From Chloroflexota bacterium (GTDB lineage: Bacteria > Chloroflexota > UBA11872 > VXOZ01): 64,000 nucleotides of DNA. The notes below the pieces were generated by a model. The model made no database searches, was not told where the DNA came from, and worked only from the letters and a program-made list of their open reading frames with translations. Numbering within the stretch: position 1 is the first letter of the stretch; every line of letters starts with the position of its first letter. The stretch lies in NCBI GenBank assembly GCA_965221905.1, contig OZ244922.1, positions 264,232 through 328,231 on the forward strand, written 5' to 3'. Position numbers and translations under genes: made by a program. Shown here in pieces: positions 1-9,051 of the stretch.

Positions 1-905
1 TACCGTTCCTCCAGCAGCTTGCGCACGTAGTGGACGAAGTGGGGCGCGAGCAGAGGTTGGCTGCGCTGACTATATGCGGGCTCGTTAGCGTAGGTCTCCG
101 CGGCTTGTGCCTCCGTAATGAAGCCGTTCTCGACCATTTGGTTCAGCACGTAGAGCTGTCGTTCGCGGGCGCCTTCCTTGTTTACGAACGGGTTTAGGGC
201 GCTGGGAGCCTGCACGATGCCGGCGAGCATTGCGGCCTCCGCCAACGTTAGTTCTTGCGCCGGTTTATCGAAGTAGACGTTGGCTGCGGCCTCGATACCG
301 TATGCCAGGTTGCCAAAGGCGATTAGGTTTAAATAGAGAGCGAGGGTCTCATCTTTACTGTATCGCTGCGAGATCCTGTAAGCCAGGATGATCTCCTTCA
401 GCTTGCGCTCCACGTTGAAATCAGGTGTAAGAAAAACGGCACGTGCAAGTTGCTGCGTGATCGTGCTGCCGCCACCCGCGTAGCGGCCCGTCACCACGCC
501 GAGCACGGCGCGGGCGATACCGCGCAGATCGAACCCCGGATTGGAGTAAAAGCCACGGTCTTCGGCGGCGATGATGGCCAGCTTCATTACGCTCGGAATC
601 TCGTCGAAGGAGAGTATGGTGCGCTGCCCCTCCGTCGGATTGTTTATGGTGTAGAGCAGGACACCATTCCGATCGTAGATTTTGCTGCTCTCAGAAACAG
701 GAAAGTCAAAGAGATCTTCTATATCGGGCAAGTCACTCGTGAGATACGTGTAGACGCCCCCGGTTACGGCGCCAACGGAAAGGGTGACGAAGAGTATAAG
801 GCCAAGTAAGACCCCCGCTACAATGAGCAGGAATCTCGACGCGGAGGGCGCTTGTGTGCGCCGCCGGAGGCGCCTGCGCCGTCGTGCCGAATTCAGTGAT
901 GCCAA
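1..905 (-). CDS. Class A penicillin-binding protein (PBP1A-type). The N-terminal membrane anchor and GT51 transglycosylase domain are in the window; the gene continues past the left edge.
   Basis: My own minus-strand translation from TTG at 905-903 gives a TM anchor (RFLLIVAGVLLGLILFVTL). It then shows GT51 motifs: IAAEDRGFYSNPGFDLRGIARA, GGSTITQQLAR, RKLKEIILAYRISQRYSKDETLALYLN. The ORF is absent from the track because it is open at the window edge. Confidence 0.85.
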   Translation of the reverse strand, partial: MASLNSARRRRRLRRRTQAPSASRFLLIVAGVLLGLILFVTLSVGAVTGGVYTYLTSDLPDIEDLFDFPVSESSKIYDRNGVLLYTINNPTEGQRTILSFDEIPSVMKLAIIAAEDRGFYSNPGFDLRGIARAVLGVVTGRYAGGGSTITQQLARAVFLTPDFNVERKLKEIILAYRISQRYSKDETLALYLNLIAFGNLAYGIEAAANVYFDKPAQELTLAEAAMLAGIVQAPSALNPFVNKEGARERQLYVLNQMVENGFITEAQAAETYANEPAYSQRSQPLLAPHFVHYVRKLLEER

Positions 906-1137
906 GGCAACGAATCCTTAACGTGCGACTGCTCTACCAGTCTTTTGACTTTACCACCGAGCCCGCGCGCGCGTGATCGGAAAGGGGCGCAAAAATACGC
1001 GGAGCCTGTTAGCATCCGCGCATCTATGCACTTAGTTAGCGGCTTGAGGAGATTGGGTCTACGGGTGCGAGCACACCCACCGCACTACTGCCGTTCTGTC
1101 AGCCTTTGTGGTGGGTTCTATGCGACTTCAGCGTCAA

Positions 1138-2364
1138 CTAGCGCAACCAATAGTTCGGGTCTTTCGGGACTTTATCCAACCGAATCTCGAAGTGGAGGTG
1201 AGGGCCGCTAGTGAAGCCGGTCATGCCGATGAAGCCGATGGTTTGACCTTTATACACGGAATCGCCCACCTTCACCGGCAACGCTCGCGAATCGTCGAGG
1301 TGCGCGTAGACCGACGCTTCGCGCCAGCTATGTTGGACGATGACCATCATACCGTAGGAACTCCAGGGGTTGCCCGTAATGGCGTATTCAGCCTTGATGA
1401 CCTGACCTGCCTGACTGGCGAGGACGGGCGACAGGCGACTGACCGCGTAATCTATGCCCGTGTGGAAGCTCTGCAACCACGTGCGCACGCCATAGGCGGC
1501 GCTGATGTACCCGCCTGCCGGGCGGAGCCAATCGTCCGGCGCCTCTTCCGGAAGCACTAATAACCCTGATTGCAGACGTTTCTCCGTCGCTTCGATTTCG
1601 GCCTGAATGGCTAAATTCTCTGCTTCTCTGCGATTAATCTCTTCTTGCAGCGACGCGTTTTGCCAAGATGCGTTCGCCGCGCGCTGCTCGGCGCTCGCGA
1701 GCAGATTCTCTCGCTCGGACTTGAGATTCACGAGCTGCAATTGTTGGTTTTCGCGCTGCACCCGCAACAGATCTATTTCCGCATGCTTTTGCACGAGTGC
1801 GGCGCGCTTGGTGTCCAACTCCGCTTTACGCTCCTGCGTGGCGCGAATGTGGCGGACGTCGTCACCCAAGATGCGCTGGAAGATGGTGATACGATTGAGC
1901 GCGTCCGAAAAGCTGGACGCAGTGAAAATGTACTCGAGAGGGGAGACACGGCTTAGCTTGTAGAGCGCCTGCAACCGGCCGCGGGCAATCTCCTGCTCAT
2001 CCGTGAGAATGGCCTCTTGCAGGGTAATATCCTGTGTTAGGCTGTGGATTTCAACTTGGAGCCGGTCGATCTGGAATTGTGTCGCATTGACTTCCTCTAC
2101 CTTGGCATACAGCCTGTTTTCAACTTGCTGTAGATCGGCGGCGGCGGCGGAGTGCACCCGCTGAGTGCGCACCACTTCCTGCTGGGACTGCTCCTGCCTG
2201 CTCTTTAGCTGCTGCAGATTCTGTTCATTCTGCTGCAGCTCTTCTTCCAGATGTTCCAGGAAATCGCTGCCAAGGGAATTACCCGAATCCTCCGCGGCGA
2301 ATATAGCTTTAGGGGCCGCTGCCAGCAAAGCAAGCAATGACCCAAGTACAGTCCGCCGTCGCAT
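1138..2364 (-). CDS. Secreted coiled-coil M23 (LytM-type) peptidoglycan endopeptidase, EnvC/PcsB-like partner of FtsEX
   Basis: Signal-like N-terminus MRRRTVLGSLLALLAAAPKAIFA, then a long Q/E/L-rich coiled coil. The C-terminal M23 domain has intact HTGID (HxxxD) and GPHLHFEIR (HxH). I chose the ATG at 2364, which lies 5 nt after the upstream gene's stop; the track ORF starts at 2403. Confidence 0.85.
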   Translation of the reverse strand: MRRRTVLGSLLALLAAAPKAIFAAEDSGNSLGSDFLEHLEEELQQNEQNLQQLKSRQEQSQQEVVRTQRVHSAAAADLQQVENRLYAKVEEVNATQFQIDRLQVEIHSLTQDITLQEAILTDEQEIARGRLQALYKLSRVSPLEYIFTASSFSDALNRITIFQRILGDDVRHIRATQERKAELDTKRAALVQKHAEIDLLRVQRENQQLQLVNLKSERENLLASAEQRAANASWQNASLQEEINRREAENLAIQAEIEATEKRLQSGLLVLPEEAPDDWLRPAGGYISAAYGVRTWLQSFHTGIDYAVSRLSPVLASQAGQVIKAEYAITGNPWSSYGMMVIVQHSWREASVYAHLDDSRALPVKVGDSVYKGQTIGFIGMTGFTSGPHLHFEIRLDKVPKDPNYWLR

Positions 2365-2368
2365 TAAT

Positions 2369-3052
2369 TCAGTTCTCCTGGAACTTGCCGATCTGCACGT
2401 CACGCACGATGCGACCGTTATCCAAAGCTACCACACGACGTGAGAATCCATCAACTACGTCGCGATCGTGCGTTGCCACGATTGTCGTGATGCCGAGCTG
2501 GTTGATTTCCATCAGGAGGGAGGTGATTTCCCATGCCACATCGGGTGAAAGGCTGGCCGTTGGCTCATCGGCGATGAAGATATCGGGACGATGCACAATG
2601 GCGCGCGCTATCGCGGCTTTGCGCTGCTCTCCGCCGGAAATCTGACCGGGGAGGAAGGAAGCTCTGTGCTGGAGTCCCACCAATTCAAGCGCATCTGCCG
2701 CGCTGGTTCGGGCGCGCTTTCCCGCGCAACCCTGAATTTGCAGAGCCAGCGCCACGTTTTCCGCCACGGTTTTACCTGGAAAAAGCTTGAGGTCTTGAAA
2801 GACAATGCCAAATCGCCGCCGCAATAAGGGTATCTCAGATTCCTTCATCAGCGCAAGGTCTTGGCCGCCGACGAGCACCACGCCCGATGAGGCCTGATCG
2901 GCACGCACCAACAAGCTAAGCAAAGTGGTCTTCCCGGCACCGTTATGGCCGACGAGAAAGACGAAGTCACCTTTCGGAACGCTCAGTGTAACATCGTCGA
3001 GCGCGGTGACGCGAAAGTCGTAGACTTTGGAGACGTTGCGCAAAACAATCAT
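2369..3052 (-). CDS. FtsE-like ABC ATPase (second paralogue)
   Basis: Walker A GHNGAGKT, Q-loop FQD, signature ISGGEQRK, Walker B IFIADEP, H-loop ATHD. Same length and layout as the FtsE encoded at 4003-4692. Confidence 0.8.
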   Translation of the reverse strand: MIVLRNVSKVYDFRVTALDDVTLSVPKGDFVFLVGHNGAGKTTLLSLLVRADQASSGVVLVGGQDLALMKESEIPLLRRRFGIVFQDLKLFPGKTVAENVALALQIQGCAGKRARTSAADALELVGLQHRASFLPGQISGGEQRKAAIARAIVHRPDIFIADEPTASLSPDVAWEITSLLMEINQLGITTIVATHDRDVVDGFSRRVVALDNGRIVRDVQIGKFQEN

Positions 3053-3122
3053 GAGAATCCGGTTAGTGTTGGTGAACGAGGCGTGGGTTTATTAGGTTAC
3101 AGGGACGCGGCAGGCTGCGCAC

Positions 3123-4016
3123 TTAGATGGTGAGGAACCGGCGAACAGCGAGGTAACTCCCAAAGCCACCAATAAGGATACCAAAGAGAGTCAAGGTTAA
3201 GAATAGACGAAGAAGGTACGTAGTGTCAAGTGACACCGGAAAGAAGCTAATCAACTGCTGGAGCAGCTCGTGTACCCATAGGTACGCCACTCCGACCACT
3301 AAAGAAGAGAACAGAGCGCCAACCAGCCCGAAAAACACGCCCTCCAACAAGAACGGCCAGCGAATGAAGTGGTCGGAAGCGCCCATGAGCCGTAGCACTT
3401 CGATCTCCCCTCGCCGCGCATAGACCGTCAGCCGGATAGTGCTCCCAATTACAAACAAGGCAACCAAGGCCAAGCCGGCTCCGAGCGTATAGCCGAGGAA
3501 GCGTATAACTTGCACAATCCGAATGACATTATCGAGCACGTCTTTAGGAATTGTCACTTCTTTCACAATTGGATTGACCGCAAGCAAACTGGCAAGAGAC
3601 AGGAGGTGGTTAGGATCGTCTGAGCGCACTTCGAGGCTGGCGGGTAAGGGATTGCGATTGCTTATCAGCGGTAGCAAGAGGTCCGGTTCGTCCTTAAAGT
3701 GCGCCCGCAGGCGTTCCAATGCCTCTTCCGGGGTAATGTACCCCACGTCTATGACACGAGGATCGTCGAGCAATTGCTGCCGCAATGCGAGTACGTCCGA
3801 CGGTGGAGCGTCGTCCACGAGGTCAATGATGAGGTTCACCCGCTCCTCCATACTGGCAATCATGACCGATAGCGCGTTCTCCACGATGAGGAACATGCCA
3901 AGTGTCGTGATCATGAGCGAGACGATCAGCACCGTGATCACCGTCATGGTGCGATGGCGCCAGGCGTTCACGATCGCACTGCCGGACATTGTGGTAAGGT
4001 AGCTAGGTCCGGCCAT
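3123..4016 (-). CDS. ftsX: Cell division ABC permease-like protein FtsX
   Basis: N-terminal TM helix, a large extracytoplasmic loop, then three C-terminal TM helices (typical FtsX topology). Overlaps the ftsE stop by 14 nt. An alternative start exists at 3989. Confidence 0.85.
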   Translation of the reverse strand: MAGPSYLTTMSGSAIVNAWRHRTMTVITVLIVSLMITTLGMFLIVENALSVMIASMEERVNLIIDLVDDAPPSDVLALRQQLLDDPRVIDVGYITPEEALERLRAHFKDEPDLLLPLISNRNPLPASLEVRSDDPNHLLSLASLLAVNPIVKEVTIPKDVLDNVIRIVQVIRFLGYTLGAGLALVALFVIGSTIRLTVYARRGEIEVLRLMGASDHFIRWPFLLEGVFFGLVGALFSSLVVGVAYLWVHELLQQLISFFPVSLDTTYLLRLFLTLTLFGILIGGFGSYLAVRRFLTI

Positions 4017-4692
4017 ATTGATAGGTGCCCCTTAATTCGTCTCGCGCTATCTCCCCCCGGACCAGCTCGACTACCCGGCGGCGCGCGCGATTGACCATCT
4101 CTTTGTCGTGGGTGGCCATGACTACGGTAGTCCCCAGCCCGTTAATGCGCACCAGTAGATCCACGATTTCGGCTGAGGTCACGGGGTCCAGGTTGCCGGT
4201 AGGTTCATCGGCAATGAGCAAATCGGGTTTGCGAATTACCGCGCGGGCAATGGCAACCCGCTGCTGCTCGCCACCCGACAGAGTAAGAGGGAATGTCTCG
4301 GCAAACTGCGTTAAGCCGACCAAGGCCAGAGTCTCCGGCACGAGTCTCTCAATGTCTCCGCGCGAACGATTGGCCACGCGGAGCGCCATCGCCACGTTCT
4401 CGGCCACAGTCTTATTCGGTAGCAAGCGGAAGTCTTGGAAGATCATGCTCACCTTACGGCGAAAAAGGGGAAGGTGACGCTTGGACAATTGGAGCACGTT
4501 GTGTCCGGCGACAATAATCTGTCCCGAAGTGGGAAGCTCTTCACGGATGAGCAATCGCACGAGCGTAGACTTGCCAGCGCCACTTACGCCAACGAGGAAG
4601 ACAAACTCTTGCTGCGCAATCTCTAGATCGATGTTCTTAAGCGCGTGGATACCGTTTGCATAGATCTTGGAAACATCGTGCAGGAGAATCAT
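4003..4692 (-). CDS. ftsE: Cell division ATP-binding protein FtsE
   Basis: GVSGAGKST, FQDFRLLPNKTVAENV, LSGGEQQRVAIARA, LLIADEPTGNLD, ATHD. Sits immediately upstream of ftsX. Confidence 0.9.
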   Translation of the reverse strand: MILLHDVSKIYANGIHALKNIDLEIAQQEFVFLVGVSGAGKSTLVRLLIREELPTSGQIIVAGHNVLQLSKRHLPLFRRKVSMIFQDFRLLPNKTVAENVAMALRVANRSRGDIERLVPETLALVGLTQFAETFPLTLSGGEQQRVAIARAVIRKPDLLIADEPTGNLDPVTSAEIVDLLVRINGLGTTVVMATHDKEMVNRARRRVVELVRGEIARDELRGTYQYGRT

Positions 4693-4781
4693 GGTGGGTC
4701 TTGTGCGCTAACAGTGAGCAAGAACGCTAGCGCCTGTGTGGTGTGCGATGGACGCTTTCGTGGTTGCAGGAGTTAGTTCTC

Positions 4782-4810
4782 ATTATACGAGGATGAGGGC
4801 ACGTCGTCAC
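4782..4810 (-). promoter_or_regulatory. Possible sigma70-type promoter for the ftsE operon
   Basis: The minus strand reads GTGACG-N17-TATAAT about 90 nt upstream of the ftsE ATG. Pattern match only. Confidence 0.25.
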
Positions 4811-4888
4811 TAGGCACGGCGGCCGTAAGCGCGAATCTGAGTGGCGATTCAATCACCCGGCATGGGGTTTCGGGACTTGCTGCGCGGC

Positions 4889-6106
4889 CTACGCAGTCGG
4901 CGATGAACGGACCGCCATGCGCGCGCGGTACTTGCCGCCCTGCCGCATGAGCCTGAGGTAGAGGATGGACAGGGCAACTGGCAGCACCGGTGACAGCATG
5001 AGTACGGTGAACGCGGCGGGCAGCCCGAAGCTATCCGCGAAGAGCCCGACAAACGGTGTGCCCATGCCGCTGATTCCCCAAGCGAAACCTACCATCATGC
5101 CCGATGCCATCGCTCGCTGCTTCGGCAGGAGCTCATGGCTCATGACCACGGTGACGGCGAATGTGGAAACGGTAAAACCGCCAATGAAAACCAGCATGAG
5201 GGGCAGCCAAAATCCGCTGGTGTGCAAGAATATGTAAACGAACAGCGGTACCGGCGCGAGCGACCAGAGGAGCAGGCCCTCTTTGCTCGTGCGGTCGGCC
5301 ACGTAACCCCCCACGAGCGTGCCGATTGCGCCGCTGAAGAGTAGAAAGGGCAGTAGTCCCGCTGCCGCTTCCGGTACGGTCATTCCCAGTTCTGCTACGG
5401 CATAGAGCGGAATGAAGGTACTGAGACTTACCCAGAAGAAGGAGCGGAGAATGACGATGACCAGCAGGAGGACAAAGGGTGTCAGTACCGGCCGTATATC
5501 GAGAAGGGCTGCTTTGAGGTCCGGCGGCGCTACCTCTGCGCCAGTCTCGATTCGCGGCAGGAGCCGCCAAAGCACGAGCGCCATTATGACGCCCGGTACC
5601 ACCAACAGTATGAGTCCGCGTTGCGCCTGCCAGGCGTAGAGCACGGCGACCACCACGGGTCCCGCGGCGACGCCTAAGTTGCCGCCGACCGAGAAGATAG
5701 AGGTCCCGGTGCTTTGCCGGTCCCCGCTGTAGTAGCCGGCTGCTTTATACCCTTCGGGGTGGTAGGCAGCGATGCCCAAGCCGCCGATGGCGACCGCGAT
5801 AAGCACAAGCCCGTAAAGCGGCGCCTGCGTGGCGATAGTGACGCCCAAGGCGGCAACAAGCGGTGAGAGGGGCAGCACCAGCTTTCCATTGAAGCGGTCA
5901 CTCACATAGCCCAAGATCGGCTGGATTGCGCTAGCGGAAAAGCTGTGCGACGCCGATACGAGCGCCACGGCGAAATAGGAGAGGCCGAACGTGCTAACAA
6001 AGATAGGGAGCATGGCGGGCAGCATACCGCCATAGATATCGGCCATCACGTGCCCCAGGCTCAGCGTGAGAAGCATGGGCGTGTTCATGCGACGCTTGGT
6101 CTTCAA
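4889..6106 (-). CDS. MFS transporter (fosmidomycin-resistance/FSR-like subfamily)
   Basis: About 12 predicted TM helices. N-terminal LGHVMADIYGGMLPAMLPIF and GYVSDRF motifs are typical of FSR-type MFS proteins. Confidence 0.75.
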   Translation of the reverse strand: MKTKRRMNTPMLLTLSLGHVMADIYGGMLPAMLPIFVSTFGLSYFAVALVSASHSFSASAIQPILGYVSDRFNGKLVLPLSPLVAALGVTIATQAPLYGLVLIAVAIGGLGIAAYHPEGYKAAGYYSGDRQSTGTSIFSVGGNLGVAAGPVVVAVLYAWQAQRGLILLVVPGVIMALVLWRLLPRIETGAEVAPPDLKAALLDIRPVLTPFVLLLVIVILRSFFWVSLSTFIPLYAVAELGMTVPEAAAGLLPFLLFSGAIGTLVGGYVADRTSKEGLLLWSLAPVPLFVYIFLHTSGFWLPLMLVFIGGFTVSTFAVTVVMSHELLPKQRAMASGMMVGFAWGISGMGTPFVGLFADSFGLPAAFTVLMLSPVLPVALSILYLRLMRQGGKYRARMAVRSSPTA

Positions 6107-6224
6107 CGTGGCACACGCTTCTTTAGGCCATATGCTTTGATTGCCGACTCTTTCTCCTCTTGTTGAAGTAACCCGATAGCTGCGGTAATTGCTATGAAAA
6201 TAGATGGTCTAGGCGGTTTCGCTC

Positions 6225-6572
6225 CGGTAGCGCAGGTTTGCAACCTGCGTCTACGCCCCGTCATTACCATGAAAATAGCCCGCGCCTGCTTCCGTCATTC
6301 CCGCGAAAGCGGGAATCCATCTGCGTCGCGCACACCCTGGATTCCGGCGCAAGCCGGAATGACGATCAGGAAGCCGGCCGCCATTTTCGTCCCTCTTATG
6401 TGGCCTGCGCCAAGCCATGGTAATACCGGAATCCACTAGCTTTAGGTAGGTAAGTTTCAGCAAGAGGCATACAGCGCTCACTCTAATTGGATGCTTGCTA
6501 TCAAACGAAAAGCCACACCGTCCTGCTGGTGTGGCTCGGGACGCGCCCGCAGGTTGCAAACCTGCGCTACCG
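6225..6572. repeat. 348-bp MITE-like noncoding unit bounded by perfect 25-bp inverted repeats and containing nested palindromic repeats
   Basis: CGGTAGCGCAGGTTTGCAACCTGCG (6225-6249) is the exact reverse complement of CGCAGGTTGCAAACCTGCGCTACCG (6548-6572). Inside, GTCATTCCCGCGAAAGCGGGAATCCAT (6295-6321) pairs with GGATTCCGGCGCAAGCCGGAATGACG (6339-6364). The track ORFs here only read through repeats. Confidence 0.7.
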
Positions 6573-6599
6573 ACGCTTTGGCAAGGCCAAAGGACGCGC

Positions 6600-6869
6600 C
6601 TACTCGCGGTAGTCCGTTTCCGTCAGTTCATCCACCAAGACGATCTTGTCCACCTTGGCATTCACCGCGTCGCGCGCCTCGAGCACAGCCTCTTCGCTCT
6701 CCGCTTCGTACAGGCAGTAGCATTTGCTCATGTCGTCAGAAAGGTAGGTGCTGATCCACTCGCAGTTGGGCAACTGTGCATATATGTCCAACGACTTCTT
6801 CTTGTTATTGTCATACTTGTCGCGGGTTAGCTCCGGCGGAAGGTTCCACTCGACGAGAAACTTGGGCAT
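6600..6869 (-). CDS. DUF4242 family small protein
   Basis: MPKFLVEW...KCYCLYEAESEEAVLEARDAVNAKVDKIVLV matches my recollection of the DUF4242/SCO4226-like pattern (..KvfClseApdkEAvl..H.ea.g...d.i.eV). The ATG at 6869 follows GGAGAGGTGAGG. Confidence 0.65.
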   Translation of the reverse strand: MPKFLVEWNLPPELTRDKYDNNKKKSLDIYAQLPNCEWISTYLSDDMSKCYCLYEAESEEAVLEARDAVNAKVDKIVLVDELTETDYRE

Positions 6870-6984
6870 CCTCACCTCTCCGTGTTTATTGTTGACTTTC
6901 CAACTAGACTCTTTTTTAGCAGGGGAGAAGTGTGTTTGTCAAACGAAATCTCTCCTGCGGCGCGGCAAAAGGCGCTGCTTGCCT

Positions 6985-7695
6985 TTAGGCGGCGGCCAGC
7001 AATTGCTGCATCTGAGCGGGATCGAGCTTGATGGAAGGTCCCATCGTTGCGCACAGATGCAGGGAGCGGACATACGTGCCTTTGGTGCTCTCCGGTTTGG
7101 CTTGCATGACTCCTGAGTAGAGCGCGGTCAGGTTTGCAAGCAGATTCTCCACGGTGAAGGAAGCCTTGCCGATGGGGACGTGCAAATTGGCCGTGCGGTC
7201 GACGCGAAACTCAACGCGACCGGCTTTGGCCTCACCCACAGCGCGGCCGATGTCGAATGTCACGGTGCCGGCACGATTGTTGGGCATCAGGCCGCGGGGG
7301 CCCAGGATACGTCCCAGCCGGCCCACTGCGCTCATCATGTCCGGCGCGGAGATTGCCACGTCGAAATCCAGCCAGCCGCCTTCGATCTTCTTGGCAAGCT
7401 CCGCGCCGCCGACGAAGTCGGCGCCGGCCTCTTCCGCTTCGCCCACCTTTTCCCCTTGCGCAAAGACGAGCACGCGTTGCGCCTTGCCGAGCCCGGCCGG
7501 TAGCACCACAGTGCCGCGCACCGCTTGTTCCGCTTGGCGTGGGTCGACACCCAGGAGGGCGTGCATCTCAATCGTGGCGTCGAAGTTGGTGGTTGCGGTC
7601 TCTTTGGCTATTTCGAATGCAGTTTGGGGATCGTAGAGTCGTCCCTCTTCAATGCGTTCCAGTGCCTGCCGATATTTCTTGCTGCGCTGTGCCAT
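6985..7695 (-). CDS. rplA: 50S ribosomal protein L1
   Basis: Full-length L1 sequence (MAQRSKKYRQALE...GPRGLMPN...). Lies directly downstream of rplK. Confidence 0.97.
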   Translation of the reverse strand: MAQRSKKYRQALERIEEGRLYDPQTAFEIAKETATTNFDATIEMHALLGVDPRQAEQAVRGTVVLPAGLGKAQRVLVFAQGEKVGEAEEAGADFVGGAELAKKIEGGWLDFDVAISAPDMMSAVGRLGRILGPRGLMPNNRAGTVTFDIGRAVGEAKAGRVEFRVDRTANLHVPIGKASFTVENLLANLTALYSGVMQAKPESTKGTYVRSLHLCATMGPSIKLDPAQMQQLLAAA

Positions 7696-7696
7696 T

Positions 7697-8122
7697 TTAG
7701 GTGACTACCTCCAAACCCATGCTACGGGCGGTGCCCGCAACAATCTTCATTGCCGCCTCGACGTCGTTGGCGTTGAGGTCCGGCATTTTCATCTCTGCAA
7801 TCTCGCGCACTTGCCCCTGGGTAACCCGCCCGACTTTCTCGGTGTTGGGCGTACCGGAGCCCTTATCCACCTTGGCCGCGCGGCGCAGCAGGTCGGCTGC
7901 CGGCGGTGTCTTGGTGATGAATGTGAACGACCGATCTTCAAAGATCGTCATGTCTACCGGCACGATGTAGCCGGCTTGGCTGCCCGTGCGCTCGTTGAAT
8001 TCCTTGACGAAGGCCATGATGTTCACACCGTGCTGACCCAATGCGGGGCCAACCGGCGGGGCCGGTGTCGCCTTCCCTCCCGGCACCTGAAGTTTGATTA
8101 CTGCCCGTACTTTCTTTGCCAC
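7697..8122 (-). CDS. rplK: 50S ribosomal protein L11
   Basis: [43 protein letters not shown] is canonical L11. Confidence 0.97.
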   Translation of the reverse strand: MAKKVRAVIKLQVPGGKATPAPPVGPALGQHGVNIMAFVKEFNERTGSQAGYIVPVDMTIFEDRSFTFITKTPPAADLLRRAAKVDKGSGTPNTEKVGRVTQGQVREIAEMKMPDLNANDVEAAMKIVAGTARSMGLEVVT

Positions 8123-8173
8123 GCTAGTTTCTCATTCCTTGCACAAAATGAACTACAAAACGGTCACAGAATG

Positions 8174-8746
8174 CTAGATTCGTTCCACCTGCAGGAAATC
8201 CAGTTCCACCGGTGTTTCGCGTCCGAAGAACGAGACCATCACGCGCACGCGGCCGCGCTCTTGGTTGGCGTCGTCCACGGTACCGTAGAACTCGGCAAAC
8301 GGCCCATCGACAATCTTGACGCGGTCGCCCTTACGCAGCACCACGTGCGTTTGCGGCGTCTCTTCCTCACCGCGCTTGAGTACCTTATCTACTTCCTCAT
8401 CGGCAAGCGGCACCGGTTGGTGGTCGTCCCGGCCGGAGCTTACGAAGCCGGTTACTCCCGGCGTGTTGCGTACGATAAACCAGGATTGATCGGTCTGCTG
8501 CATGCGCACCAGCACATAGCCGGGAAAGAGCTTGCGTTCCACGTCGCGGCGCTGGCCCTGCTTGATCTCTACCTCTTTCTGCGTAGGCACCACCACGTCG
8601 AAGATCATGTCCTTGGCGTCCATGGATTCGATGCGCTTGAGCAGGTTTTCGCGCACTTTGTTCTCGTATCCGGAGTAGGTGTGTACCACGTACCAGCGGG
8701 GGGGTTGCTCTGCCTGCTGTTGGGTGTCTTCTATTTCCAATGCCAT
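8174..8746 (-). CDS. nusG: Transcription termination/antitermination factor NusG
   Basis: WYVVHTYSGYENKV..., NGN domain plus a C-terminal KOW (GDRVKIVDGPFAEFYGTV). Conserved secE-nusG-rplK synteny. Confidence 0.95.
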   Translation of the reverse strand: MALEIEDTQQQAEQPPRWYVVHTYSGYENKVRENLLKRIESMDAKDMIFDVVVPTQKEVEIKQGQRRDVERKLFPGYVLVRMQQTDQSWFIVRNTPGVTGFVSSGRDDHQPVPLADEEVDKVLKRGEEETPQTHVVLRKGDRVKIVDGPFAEFYGTVDDANQERGRVRVMVSFFGRETPVELDFLQVERI

Positions 8747-8760
8747 GGTGTTGAAGTCCT

Positions 8761-9051
8761 TTAGGTCCCCTGTTGGACGAGTAGTGCGAATAGTTTGGCA
8801 AAGATATAGTCTACACCGCTCAGGAAGACGCCGGTAACCAAGCTCACCGCAATGACGACGAGTGTAAGGTTGAGTGCGGTCTCGCGGGTGGGCCAGTGCG
8901 CCTTCTTCAATTCGCCGTACGCTTCATGCAGAAACGTTACCGAAGGCCGAAGGAAGCGCGGCAACCGGCTGCTCGGCGGCACTACCTTGCGGCTGCGAGA
9001 ATGCTGCCGCGAAGCCTGCCCTCGGCTTGGTGTGGACCAGGGTACTCTCAT
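8761..9051 (-). CDS. secE: Preprotein translocase subunit SecE
   Basis: The C-terminal part ([46 protein letters not shown]) is the conserved SecE TM segment. The start ATG overlaps the rpmG stop (ATGA). Confidence 0.85.
   Translation of the reverse strand: MRVPWSTPSRGQASRQHSRSRKVVPPSSRLPRFLRPSVTFLHEAYGELKKAHWPTRETALNLTLVVIAVSLVTGVFLSGVDYIFAKLFALLVQQGT

Noticed and set aside
6194-6559. Track ORFs across the repeat nest (6194-6439, 6238-6423, 6251-6559). Similar ORFs occur at 13720-14160, 29051-29258, 33198-33552 and 44470-44688.
   Set aside because: They are read-through of palindromic intergenic repeats, giving peptides such as SFPRKRESI, FDRLSTNG and PFVLS. The same DNA gives ORFs on both strands, there are no start-site signals, and these are typical annotation artefacts.
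7652-8764. 370-aa plus-strand ORF antisense to rplK and nusG. Similar long antisense ORFs occur at 9352-10479 (opposite tuf), 11933-13024, 14980-16074, 19491-20300, 24311-25225, 25340-26197, 32368-33588, 32522-33595, 35388-36251 and 61475-62329.
   Set aside because: Each lies opposite a gene with unmistakable conserved motifs. Their translations are Arg/Ala/Gly/His-rich low-complexity strings, typical of stop-codon-poor antisense frames in high-GC DNA.
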